Source of the DNA: Candidatus Kryptoniota bacterium | GTDB taxonomy: Bacteria > Bacteroidota > Ignavibacteria > Kryptoniales > JAKASW01 | Length of the DNA stretch: 64,000 nucleotides | Assembly: GCA_046706365.1 (NCBI GenBank) | Contig: JBJKPN010000083.1 | Location: forward strand, 7,541-71,540 | Direction of reading: 5' to 3' | Shown here: positions 48,066 through 56,839 of the stretch, piece by piece | Position numbering within the stretch: the stretch's first letter is position 1 | Layout of the letters: each line of letters starts with the position of its first letter | Translations under genes and position numbers: made by a program | The notes under the pieces: generated by a model | What the model was told of the DNA's origin: nothing | The model's input: the letters and a program-made list of their open reading frames with translations, nothing else | Database searches by the model: none

Positions 48066-48455
48066 TTATTCAATAATCGAATCCCTTAGCGCATCTTTGG
48101 ACCAGACCGGAAGCGGACTCGCGCTCCCGCTCACAGGGTCTTCACTGTACCTGTACGAGATGTTCTGGTTGAACTGCTTCTTCATCCAGTCCCATCCCCT
48201 TACGAAATAGGGGCATTCGTCGTTGAAGCATACGTTCAGGAAGTCGGCATCCCATGAAGACCCCTCCGGGCAGCGCCACATCTTCAGCGGCTGATGGCAG
48301 TGGGGACATTCCCCGATTTTCTCTTGTTTCATTTCGTTCGCAATGTCAGAAAGAAGTATTTGTGCCAGATTCGGGAGCGACTCCTGCCGCTCCCGAATCG
48401 GCGAACTTGTTGCTAGTTGACTATCTGATGGATTGGTCTGGAGAACACTTCCCAC
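48066..48455 (-). CDS. Small Cys-rich (zinc-ribbon-like) hypothetical protein downstream of aprA
   Basis: ECPHCHQPLKMWRCPEG ... CFNDECPYFVRGWDWM. The track ORF overlaps the aprA 3' end by 43 nt. The internal Met at 48332 is an alternative start. Confidence 0.55.
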   Translation of the reverse strand: MGSVLQTNPSDSQLATSSPIRERQESLPNLAQILLSDIANEMKQEKIGECPHCHQPLKMWRCPEGSSWDADFLNVCFNDECPYFVRGWDWMKKQFNQNISYRYSEDPVSGSASPLPVWSKDALRDSIIE

Positions 48456-50287
48456 TTGTTATCCTTCGGAATCCATTTCATGTTTACGAATACCTTCCAG
48501 TCCTTCTCGTCCATCGAAGGCTTGTCGGAACGGAAGTAGTATCCGGGCCAGCGGGTCTCTTCCCTGAAAAGAATGGCCCTGACGTGAGCTTCCGCCTGCC
48601 ACATTCTATGGACGTTTTCCCAGCATCTCATCAGTTCGTGAAGGTCCGATGCAGCGAGCTTCTCGGAATCGACCTTCAGATACTCGAGGAGTTCCAGGCC
48701 TTTTTCGAGGAGAGCCTTGCTCGTTTTGAATTGGGAGGAGACGCCGCCTGCGTACTCGTCCATGATCTTCTGCAACCTGAACATGAACATTTTCGGCTTG
48801 ATGTAGTTCGGGTTGATTTCCGGATCCGTCGACGACTTACTGAACTGGCCGTACGTGTCGAGAGGCTTCAGGATCTCAGTCTTCAACGCATCGATTTGTG
48901 CCTGATCGTACTTACGGGATTCGGGGTGATCGATGATATAGTCGATAGCAGCTTTTGCGGCTATCCTGCCTTCGGCATGCGAGCCCGAGGAGAACTTGTG
49001 GCTCGATGCTCCGGACGCGTCGCCGGCGCAGAAGATTCCGCTGATGGTGGACATATTGGCATATCCCCAGAAATAATCCGCAGGGGCAAGATCCTTCGGA
49101 CCGCTGACCCATGCACCGGAGGCGCCGGAATGTGATCCGATGAAGTACGGTTCTGCGGCCGCAATCTCGGAAGGCTTCTGCTCCGGAGCCGTATCTGTAC
49201 CGGCCCACAGGATCGCCTGCGAAATTGTCATGTCAAGGAAGTCTTCCCATGCTTCGGCCTCGAGTTCCTTCAGTTTCTTCTTGGCTGCTTTTTCGTCGCC
49301 GGATTCGGACGCGATCTTGTTGATGGCTTCTTCGGTCCTCATGTAAATCGGGCCTTTTCCGTCCATGACGTCGAGCATCATAAGCCAGTTGCGGAGGTTG
49401 GCGGGGACGGGTTTCACCTTCCCGTACGGTATCCATTTCTCGAGTTCGTCCTTCCGCTCTTCCATGTAGTTGCCGCCCATGCCGTTGGTAGCTCTCGACT
49501 TGAAGAGGAGGAACCAAGCTCCGACCGGGCCGTACGCATCCTTGAACCTTACGGGGATGAAGCGTACTTCCTGGCAGGTCATCTCTGCACCGGCTTTCAG
49601 CGTAAAGTAAGCACTCGACCCGGAATTCCACGGCGGATACCATGCGCGACCGAAGCCTTCTCCGGAAGAACGCGGTTTGAAGACGTGTACCGCTCCGCCC
49701 ATCGCCACCAGGACGGCCTTGGCCTTGAACACGTAGAATTTTTCTTCGCGAACGCTGAACCCGACCGCACCTACGCACACATCGCCGTCCATGAGCGGCC
49801 CGACGATGAATACTCTCTCGTAAATGTTTTCCGCGCCGAGCGCGTTCTTTGCTGCTTCAGCTACTACCACCTTGTATGACTCGCCGTTTATCATCAGCTG
49901 CCACCGGCCTTCATGCACGTAGTTGCCGTTTTCATCCTTCCAGATCGGCAGTCCCCATTTTTCAAATAGATGTACCGTCGAATCGACGTGGCGGGCGATG
50001 TTGTACACAAGGTCCTCGCGAGTAATTCCCATCAGGTCGCTCCGGACGTACTTGACATAATCCTCGGCCGTGTTTTTCCCGTCTTTGATGCCGACGTACT
50101 GGTTGATAGCCGAGAGTCCCATCGCAACCGCACCGCTCCGGTCCACCGCGGCCTTGTCGACAAGCGTGACCTTCAAGCCGTGCTGCTTCGCCCAGTGAGC
50201 GGCTTCGACAGCTGCGCCGCAGGCAGCCATGCCGCCGCCGACTATCAGCAGATCCGTCTCCACTACTTCTGTTTTCAAATTAGCCAT
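48413..50287 (-). CDS. aprA: Adenylylsulfate (APS) reductase alpha subunit
   Basis: 624 aa. TDLLIVGGGMAACGAAVEA FAD motif, fumarate-reductase/AprA-like body. Immediately follows aprB. Confidence 0.92.
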   Translation of the reverse strand: MANLKTEVVETDLLIVGGGMAACGAAVEAAHWAKQHGLKVTLVDKAAVDRSGAVAMGLSAINQYVGIKDGKNTAEDYVKYVRSDLMGITREDLVYNIARHVDSTVHLFEKWGLPIWKDENGNYVHEGRWQLMINGESYKVVVAEAAKNALGAENIYERVFIVGPLMDGDVCVGAVGFSVREEKFYVFKAKAVLVAMGGAVHVFKPRSSGEGFGRAWYPPWNSGSSAYFTLKAGAEMTCQEVRFIPVRFKDAYGPVGAWFLLFKSRATNGMGGNYMEERKDELEKWIPYGKVKPVPANLRNWLMMLDVMDGKGPIYMRTEEAINKIASESGDEKAAKKKLKELEAEAWEDFLDMTISQAILWAGTDTAPEQKPSEIAAAEPYFIGSHSGASGAWVSGPKDLAPADYFWGYANMSTISGIFCAGDASGASSHKFSSGSHAEGRIAAKAAIDYIIDHPESRKYDQAQIDALKTEILKPLDTYGQFSKSSTDPEINPNYIKPKMFMFRLQKIMDEYAGGVSSQFKTSKALLEKGLELLEYLKVDSEKLAASDLHELMRCWENVHRMWQAEAHVRAILFREETRWPGYYFRSDKPSMDEKDWKVFVNMKWIPKDNKWEVFSRPIHQIVN

Positions 50288-50303
50288 GTCTTTTCCAACC
50301 TCC

Positions 50304-50747
50304 CTAATGCTTTATTGTGACTACTTCTGGAAGACCCAAAGACTCTGGCTCCGTGAAAAGCACAGGACTCTTGAGGTCGGTATTGCCGGTATGCCACCCG
50401 CCGTCGGGTGCAGCCTTGCCTTCGTCCGTGGTACGAATGGGGAATTTGAATCTTTTCAGTGTGCCGTTTCGGAATTTTATCGTCCACATGATCGAATCGG
50501 TACTTCTCATCGGCGTAACTGTGGCACCGAGTGGGACGAAATCCGCATACCCGCGTACTTCGATGGCCTGCGTCGGGCAGATCTTGACGCAGTTGTAGCA
50601 TTCCCAGCACATTTCAGGTTCGCGGTTGTATGCCTTCATTATGTCCTTGTTCAAGGCCATCAAGTCATTGGGACAGATATACTGACATGCCGTTTTGTCC
50701 AATGCCTTGCATCCGTCGCATTTATCAGGATTCACATAGCTCGGCAT
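50304..50747 (-). CDS. aprB: Adenylylsulfate (APS) reductase beta subunit
   Basis: 147 aa. MPSYVNPDKCDGCKALDKTACQYICPNDLM and CWECYNCVKICP [4Fe-4S] motifs with an AprB-type C-terminal tail. Confidence 0.92.
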   Translation of the reverse strand: MPSYVNPDKCDGCKALDKTACQYICPNDLMALNKDIMKAYNREPEMCWECYNCVKICPTQAIEVRGYADFVPLGATVTPMRSTDSIMWTIKFRNGTLKRFKFPIRTTDEGKAAPDGGWHTGNTDLKSPVLFTEPESLGLPEVVTIKH

Positions 50748-50902
50748 AGAGTTTCCTCCTTTGCTGTTTCATTTAATTGATAGAAATTCGCGAACTTCAT
50801 TTGTCTATAGAGTTTCAGGCTCCAGGACGACTGCGTTTCGCGTAACATCCTCTGTCGACACGATAACGCACTATGCTTCGCACTGGAACCTCTTCATCTC
50901 TC

Positions 50903-52144
50903 CTATTTCTTCAGTTTGTCTGAGCCCTCGCCCGTTGCAAACTGGTGCATCTTGATCTCGACCTTCTGATCCAGTTTGGAATAATAGTCGCGCAGAATCG
51001 CGAGGACTTCCGGGCGGCTGAACTCTGCGGGCACTTCGGAGCCCTCCGACAACGCCTTGCGAAGAGCCGTACCGCTCAGGAACAACCGGTCTTCCTTCTT
51101 GTGCGGGCACGTCTTCATGGATGCCATGCCGCCGCATTTGAAGCACCAGAAAGTCCAGTCGATTGGCAGCGGCTTAAGCAACAAGGCATCGGATGGGATT
51201 TCATAGAAAATTTTCTGCGCGTCGAACGGGCCGTAGTAGTTGCCGACTCCCGCGTGGTCCCTTCCGACGATGAGATGCGTGCAGCCGAAGTTCTGCCTGA
51301 ACACGCCGTGCAGAAGAGCTTCCCTCGGACCGGCATATCTCATGTCGAGCGGATAGCCGCCGCAAAGTACCGTGTCTTTGACGAAATAGTTTTCGACGAG
51401 TACGTCGATGCATTTCGCCCTGACTTCAGCTGGAATGTCTCCGGGTTTCAGTTTCCCGACAAGCTGGTGAATGTACAGCCCGTCGCTGACTTCAAGAGCG
51501 ATTTTCGCCAGGAACTCATGAGAGCGATGCATCGGATTTCGCAGCTGGAGCGCCGCAATCGTTCTCCATCCCTTCTCCGCAAAAATCTTCCTGCTCTCGG
51601 CCGGTCTCTGATAGAGTCCAGCAAACTCAGTCGGGAAATAGCTCTCGGACAGTACTTTTACCGGGCCGGCGACGTTCCATGGCTTCTGCTGCATTACCAT
51701 CTTCACTCCGGGATGCTCCGGGTCTTCCGTTGTGAATACCTGTTTGCATTCGAACCCCTTATCGATCTGGTACTTCTCAGACACCTTCATCGTACCCATG
51801 AGCTCGTCGGTCTCGTCGCTGTACAGTGCGACTTCCTGTCCGGTTTTCAGGGATTTGGCGTCTTCGTCCGTGACCGACATCGTGATGGGAATCGGCCAGA
51901 ACAGCCCGTTAGTCATTCTCATGTCCGAACAGACCCCCTGCCAGTCATCGTGCCCCATGAAGCCGTTAAGCGGGGTGAAGCCTCCGATCCCGAGCATTAT
52001 CATATCACCCGTCTCTCGACTGGTCATGCAAATCTTCTTTAGCCCCGCTGCCTTTCTGGTTTCTTCTTCCTTTTCTTTGCCGCTCAGGAGAAGGACATTC
52101 AGCTTGTCGCTTCCGTGCGGCCGTATTAAAGTAGATTCCGCCAT
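50903..52144 (-). CDS. sat: Dissimilatory-type ATP sulfurylase (sulfate adenylyltransferase, homo-oligomeric Sat)
   Basis: 413 aa. [11 protein letters not shown] (RNPxHxxH) and VGRDHAGVG motifs. No APS-kinase domain. Confidence 0.92.
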   Translation of the reverse strand: MAESTLIRPHGSDKLNVLLLSGKEKEEETRKAAGLKKICMTSRETGDMIMLGIGGFTPLNGFMGHDDWQGVCSDMRMTNGLFWPIPITMSVTDEDAKSLKTGQEVALYSDETDELMGTMKVSEKYQIDKGFECKQVFTTEDPEHPGVKMVMQQKPWNVAGPVKVLSESYFPTEFAGLYQRPAESRKIFAEKGWRTIAALQLRNPMHRSHEFLAKIALEVSDGLYIHQLVGKLKPGDIPAEVRAKCIDVLVENYFVKDTVLCGGYPLDMRYAGPREALLHGVFRQNFGCTHLIVGRDHAGVGNYYGPFDAQKIFYEIPSDALLLKPLPIDWTFWCFKCGGMASMKTCPHKKEDRLFLSGTALRKALSEGSEVPAEFSRPEVLAILRDYYSKLDQKVEIKMHQFATGEGSDKLKK

Positions 52145-52434
52145 AACTTTCCTCTCATTTAAGAATGCTACGTTTCTCGGTTTACGAATTAAGATTTACT
52201 TCTGAACACTGTGTCATAAATCGCATTCACGAAGGCACGCTTTGTTGGCCGGCTCGCCCCGACCAATCTCATTTACAATTGCCGGTAGATGTGGCCCGGC
52301 GAAAATCGCTGTCGTAATACGCATATTTACTAACGCACCTTGCATCAACTCGTGAAAAACATATCGGAAACATCAGGTACAATCAACGAGCACCGGGACT
52401 TCTGTAATCGTTCTGTTGCTCGGCCTCCGCGCAG

Positions 52435-54675
52435 TTACATCCCCTTGTACGGGTTGGGGCCCAGTTCCCTGACCTGCTCGACGAAACTATCGAATATCCC
52501 GGGGAGCTTTGTGTATTCGTCGATGGAAAGTGTCAGAAGTTTCACTCTCTCAGGTTCCAGAACAAGTTGTTTCAATTTCTCCTGCACATTCTCCATTCGC
52601 TTGCTCGCAAGCTCGCTCCCCTTGATGAAATGGCACTGATAATCCACACCGAATTTACAACCGAGCATAAGCACGCCGTCAAACCCCTTGGAGAGCGCGT
52701 CGGCAATCCACACCACGTTCACCGATCCGAGGCACCTCACAGGTATAACTCGGATATTCGGATCGTAATGAAGCCTGTACTTTCCGACCGTGTCCAGCGC
52801 AGGGTAGGCGTCGTTTTCGCACATAAAGGCGAGGATCCTCGGCTTGTCCTCATCCTCGTCGGGTATTTCCACTGCCTTGATCATCGAAGAAATCATCGGC
52901 ACGGAATAGTCCTTGAAGGATATTATTCTCTCCGGGCATGCACCGAGACAGATCCCGCAGCGGCGGCATCTGTTGAGATTAGGCAGCGGAGTACCTTTTT
53001 CGTCCTCGTCAAGCGTCCCGAACGGACACTCCTCCGTACAGCGTTTGCACTGCGTACAGCGCTGCAAAAAGAATTCCGGGTAGGATTCGTCCCCCGATCT
53101 CGGATGGACTGCCTTCCCTACCCTGGCCGAATGTATGAGCTGGATCGCCTTAAGTGTAGCGCCGTAAGCATCATTTCTAGCTGTGGAAAAATCCATGGGC
53201 GCGCGAACACTTCCGGCAGCGTAAATTCCCGTCCGCCTGGTCTCATACGGGAAACAAATGTAATGCGAATCTGGAAAACCGTACCTCAGTGTCGGCAGAT
53301 CGGTTCCCTGTCTGTATGTGAGATTCAATATCTTCGCGCCGACTTCGGCCGATTCGGCAGCTTTCTTGCCGTCGAGGGTCTTCTCAGAAATTGTCGCCGC
53401 TGATCCATCCGATTCGATACTTCCCACCAGCGTGGAGGGGACCATGCCGGTTGCCAGTACGACGAGGTCCGATTGTATGCTGATCCTGTTGCCGAGAAGC
53501 GTGTCATCGATGTCGATTCGGACCGAGCCGTCGGTCGAGGCGGTCAAACCGGCGATTTCACCTTTGGTCAGAAAGACGTTCCTTTCATTTTGCACCCGCT
53601 TATAAAACAGTTCGTGTTCGGCCGGCGTGCGCATATCCCGATAAATTATGTAGACCAGGGCTTCCGGGTATTTCTCCCTTATGTAAAGAGCTTGTTTCAA
53701 AGACATTGAGCAGCAAATTGAAGAGCAATACGGCAGGTGTCTTTCGTCGCGCGAACCGGCGCATAGCACGAACGCGACACTCCTGACGGGTTTGCCGTTC
53801 ATCAAGTCACCGTTGATTCCGTTCTTGAAGCGCTCCTCCAGCTGGAATCCTGTAATCACATTCTCGAATTTTCCGTATCCCAACTCGCCCAGCTTGTTCG
53901 GGTCGTACGGCTTCCACCCGGTCGCCTGAACAATTGCGCCGACTGTCAGCAGTTCGGTTCGCGCTCCCCCGTTGATTCTCAACACGACATGAAAGTCGCC
54001 CGGCTGCCCCGATATTTTTTCAATCGTGCAGGATGTGACCGCGGTAATCCTATCGTTCGACTCCACCTCGGAAATCATTCGTTCTATGCCGGAGAATTGC
54101 GGTTCCAGGAAAGGAGGCTCAATGGGAGCGATGCGGTGAAATTTTGCCATCTGCCCGCCGAGATTCTTTTCCTTTTCCGTAAGTACAACCGTGAATCCGG
54201 CTTTTGCAGCGGCAAGGGCTGACGTCAGTCCCGTTGTCCCGCCTCCAACCACGAGAATAGTCTCGTTCACTTCACTCCGCAACGGCTCAGGGAGTTCACT
54301 GTTTCTTACCTTTGCAACTCCCATTCGGAGATAGTCTTCGGCAAGCATCTGCGTGTCGTCGTCATTCGGCTTGTGCGTCCATGCGACATTCTCGCGGAGA
54401 TTGACACGCTCCACCATGACGCCTGAATCAAAACGAAATACATCCGACAGGAATCTTTGCGAACAGGCACCTATGACGACGCGGTTCAGTTTTTCGCTCT
54501 TTATTTCCTCTCTGATAGTCGCGACGCTTTCATCGCTGCATAACCACCCGTCAACCTTACAGACGGGAACTTTACTCTCGCCGGTGGCGAGCTTCGCGAG
54601 CCCGTCGCAGTTCAGCGCCCCGCCGATTCCGCAGCCCGAACAGAGATAAACGCCTACTTTGGTATCTATAGCCAT
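52435..54675 (-). CDS. qmoB: Quinone-interacting membrane-bound oxidoreductase subunit B (HdrA-like flavoprotein with ferredoxin and MvhD-like domains)
   Basis: 746 aa. VVGGGTTGLTSALAAAKAG FAD motif, CTQCKRCTEECP and CRRCGICLGACP clusters, and a C-terminal ILAFMCENDAYPALD...VIPVRCLGSVN MvhD-like domain. Confidence 0.88.
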   Translation of the reverse strand: MAIDTKVGVYLCSGCGIGGALNCDGLAKLATGESKVPVCKVDGWLCSDESVATIREEIKSEKLNRVVIGACSQRFLSDVFRFDSGVMVERVNLRENVAWTHKPNDDDTQMLAEDYLRMGVAKVRNSELPEPLRSEVNETILVVGGGTTGLTSALAAAKAGFTVVLTEKEKNLGGQMAKFHRIAPIEPPFLEPQFSGIERMISEVESNDRITAVTSCTIEKISGQPGDFHVVLRINGGARTELLTVGAIVQATGWKPYDPNKLGELGYGKFENVITGFQLEERFKNGINGDLMNGKPVRSVAFVLCAGSRDERHLPYCSSICCSMSLKQALYIREKYPEALVYIIYRDMRTPAEHELFYKRVQNERNVFLTKGEIAGLTASTDGSVRIDIDDTLLGNRISIQSDLVVLATGMVPSTLVGSIESDGSAATISEKTLDGKKAAESAEVGAKILNLTYRQGTDLPTLRYGFPDSHYICFPYETRRTGIYAAGSVRAPMDFSTARNDAYGATLKAIQLIHSARVGKAVHPRSGDESYPEFFLQRCTQCKRCTEECPFGTLDEDEKGTPLPNLNRCRRCGICLGACPERIISFKDYSVPMISSMIKAVEIPDEDEDKPRILAFMCENDAYPALDTVGKYRLHYDPNIRVIPVRCLGSVNVVWIADALSKGFDGVLMLGCKFGVDYQCHFIKGSELASKRMENVQEKLKQLVLEPERVKLLTLSIDEYTKLPGIFDSFVEQVRELGPNPYKGM

Positions 54676-54679
54676 GATG

Positions 54680-55936
54680 CTAGTTCCCTTTTATGACCTG
54701 GATTGCTTTTAAAACCGAGCCGGTGGCTTCCTGCACAACCGCGGAAACATCTTTCGGCCCTTTGCTCACACCGCAGCCGATGATTTCCGCACTGTCGGAT
54801 ATCAAGAAGCCGTTACTATCTATCGATGAAGGAGGAACAGGCAAACCGTCGACCGCAGGTTTCATTCCCGTTGCAAGCACAACAAGATCGACAGATTCCT
54901 TCAACCGTACGCTTTTCATGGTGTCTTCGGCTTCCACAATGAGTTTGTCTGAAGAGGGGTCTGGCGACACTTTAGCCACTTTTCCCCTGTGAAAATGCAC
55001 TTTCTCGTCCTTCCGTACCTCTCCGTAGAAATCCTCGAAGAACCCGCTTGATCGAACGTCGATGTAATGGATATGGATTTCAGCGTCGGGGTATTGTTCT
55101 CTGATGTACCGCACATGCTTGAGAGACGCCATGCAGCAGACGGACGAGCAGTACTCCAAGTGATTTTCATCCCTTGATCCCGCACATTGAACGAACGCAA
55201 CTTCCCCAACTTCGCCCAGAGTTGACGGCCTGAGTATCCGCCCCTTCGTCGGGCCGTCGGGCGAAGCAAGCCTTTCCATCATCACGTTCGTGATGACATC
55301 CGGAAATTGTCCGAAGCCAAGGACATCAAGTTTATTGGGATCGTATGGTTCCCAGCCGGTCGCCCAAACAACGGCGCCTGCCTCGATCTCTACGACCTTT
55401 TCCTTTTCAGACAAATCTATCGCCCCGTACTTGCACGCGTCAACGCACTTACTGCAGCTGCTCCCCTCGCAGGTAGCCGGGTCTATTACATACCGCTCCG
55501 GGTATGCATTCTGGTATGGAAGGTAAATTGAAGCTGTTTCATCCATGCCGTAGTTGAACTCGTTCTTCCTCGTCTTGGGGCATACGCTCACGCACTCACC
55601 GCATGAGGTGCATTGACTGGTCACAAATCGCGGACTCAGTCTCACGTTTGCCCTGTACTTCCCCGGCTTGCCCGACACATCGATTACTGTTGCTAGGGTC
55701 AGGAGTCTGATCGCAGGGTTTGTCCGCAGGCGGCGGAGATTGATTTCCAGTCCGCAGCTTGGGGGGCAAAGTTTCGGAAAATACTTGTTGAATTGAGTTA
55801 CCTTTCCACCGACATAGGGCCTCTTTTCAAGGAGCGTTACACTCAATCCCGTTTCGGCGGCCTCCACTGCCGCTGTAAGGCCCGCAATTCCGGCGCCAAC
55901 GACAAGGAGGTCCGATTTAATCATGTTCTCATTCAT
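54680..55936 (-). CDS. qmoA: Quinone-interacting membrane-bound oxidoreductase subunit A (HdrA-like flavoprotein)
   Basis: The start is set at ATG 55936 (MNENMIKSDLLVVGAGIAGLTAAVEAAETG), giving 418 aa. The track ORF start (56071) would overlap the upstream gene by 115 nt. CTSCGECVSVCP cluster. Lies 4 nt before qmoB. Confidence 0.88.
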   Translation of the reverse strand: MNENMIKSDLLVVGAGIAGLTAAVEAAETGLSVTLLEKRPYVGGKVTQFNKYFPKLCPPSCGLEINLRRLRTNPAIRLLTLATVIDVSGKPGKYRANVRLSPRFVTSQCTSCGECVSVCPKTRKNEFNYGMDETASIYLPYQNAYPERYVIDPATCEGSSCSKCVDACKYGAIDLSEKEKVVEIEAGAVVWATGWEPYDPNKLDVLGFGQFPDVITNVMMERLASPDGPTKGRILRPSTLGEVGEVAFVQCAGSRDENHLEYCSSVCCMASLKHVRYIREQYPDAEIHIHYIDVRSSGFFEDFYGEVRKDEKVHFHRGKVAKVSPDPSSDKLIVEAEDTMKSVRLKESVDLVVLATGMKPAVDGLPVPPSSIDSNGFLISDSAEIIGCGVSKGPKDVSAVVQEATGSVLKAIQVIKGN

Positions 55937-55956
55937 TTTGATATCCCATATGTCTC

Positions 55957-56787
55957 TTATTCGTAGAAGCCAACCACCGATTTTTCCACTTGAATGGACT
56001 TCACTCCCTCGACTTTGGAGAGCACTGTCCTGATGTCGTCCTCCCACATGTGAGCACCGACTCTCGGACAATTTCCTTTTACCACGAGCGTGCCCGAGGC
56101 GGAGTCGGCCTCAATTTCAACATCGCTTCCCCTTGTGCGCGGGGACTGCTGCAGCGACACTTTCGCCTGCGACGCGAGGTAAAGGTTCTTGAGATTGATC
56201 GTAGACTCCGGGGTAGGCTGAAATTCCTTTTGTGAAACCGACCGTACGATAAGGTCTGCAGCAAGGTCGATATTCATCCGTTCCAGGTTTATTACGAGGT
56301 CATAGTTAGAGGGATCCCGCCAGTTTACACCGTAGAGGAACTGGGACCATTTCAGTCTCCGTTCATCGACAACCTTCATGTAAGCCATCGCTTCTTCTCT
56401 GGTCCTGCTACCCTCGGCCATCAGGGTCTTGATCCTGAATTCCGTAGGGGCGGTCAGCAACACCCGCAGAACATACGGAATGTCTTTAAGAAGGAACTGC
56501 GCCAGATGACCGTGATAAACGAGGTCCCCCTTGAGCGCAAAATCAAACAGAGCCGTCTGGAAACAAATCAGGTATTGTTTTTTTCTGTCCCCCATCTTGT
56601 CGAGAAATCCGGGCGACTTTTCGACGAAGGAGAGTTCTCCAAGACCGGTTTCCCTGATACCGAATTTCTCCGCCGCTTTGAGGACGTCCTCTCTCGTGAC
56701 GACCGGACATTTTAGCTGCTCAGATACTTTTTCCGCAAACATTTCCGTCGCACTCAGCGAGCCTCTCGAAATAGTTATGATCGGCAT
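55957..56787 (-). CDS. Cytidylate-kinase-like family (Cytidylate_kin2-type) protein with a C-terminal BON-like domain
   Basis: ATG 56787 is preceded by GGGAGG. MPIITISRGSLSATEMFAEKVSEQL resembles the family N-terminus but has no GxxGxGK P-loop. The C-terminus DVEIEADSASGTLVVKGNCP...VEGVKSIQVE is BON-like. Confidence 0.6.
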   Translation of the reverse strand: MPIITISRGSLSATEMFAEKVSEQLKCPVVTREDVLKAAEKFGIRETGLGELSFVEKSPGFLDKMGDRKKQYLICFQTALFDFALKGDLVYHGHLAQFLLKDIPYVLRVLLTAPTEFRIKTLMAEGSRTREEAMAYMKVVDERRLKWSQFLYGVNWRDPSNYDLVINLERMNIDLAADLIVRSVSQKEFQPTPESTINLKNLYLASQAKVSLQQSPRTRGSDVEIEADSASGTLVVKGNCPRVGAHMWEDDIRTVLSKVEGVKSIQVEKSVVGFYE

Positions 56788-56839
56788 ACGACCTCCCGGC
56801 TGTAAAGCCCATTGATTGCACGACACTTCATCCCGGTAA

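Noticed and set aside
48066-48455. CPHCH in the small protein read as a c-type heme attachment site
   Set aside because: The protein has no signal peptide or membrane anchor. The motif sits in a CxxC...C...C context typical of a cytoplasmic zinc ribbon.
50945-52042. 365-aa plus-strand ORF. Similar long shadow ORFs occur at 4319-5440, 33685-34467, 36982-37695, 47184-47864, 48254-49135, 52567-53403 and 59379-60287.
   Set aside because: Each lies antisense to a gene with unmistakable family motifs (sat, rhaB, cobA, TSUP, ykgJ-like, aprA, qmoB, dsrO/dsrP). The translations are Arg/Pro/Ser-rich with no motifs. They are typical antisense open frames.
55937-56071. Longer qmoA start given by the ORF track (45 extra N-terminal residues)
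   Set aside because: The extension overlaps the upstream gene by 115 nt and has no similarity to the flavoprotein fold. ATG 55936 sits immediately before the GxGxxG FAD motif and gives a typical QmoA length.
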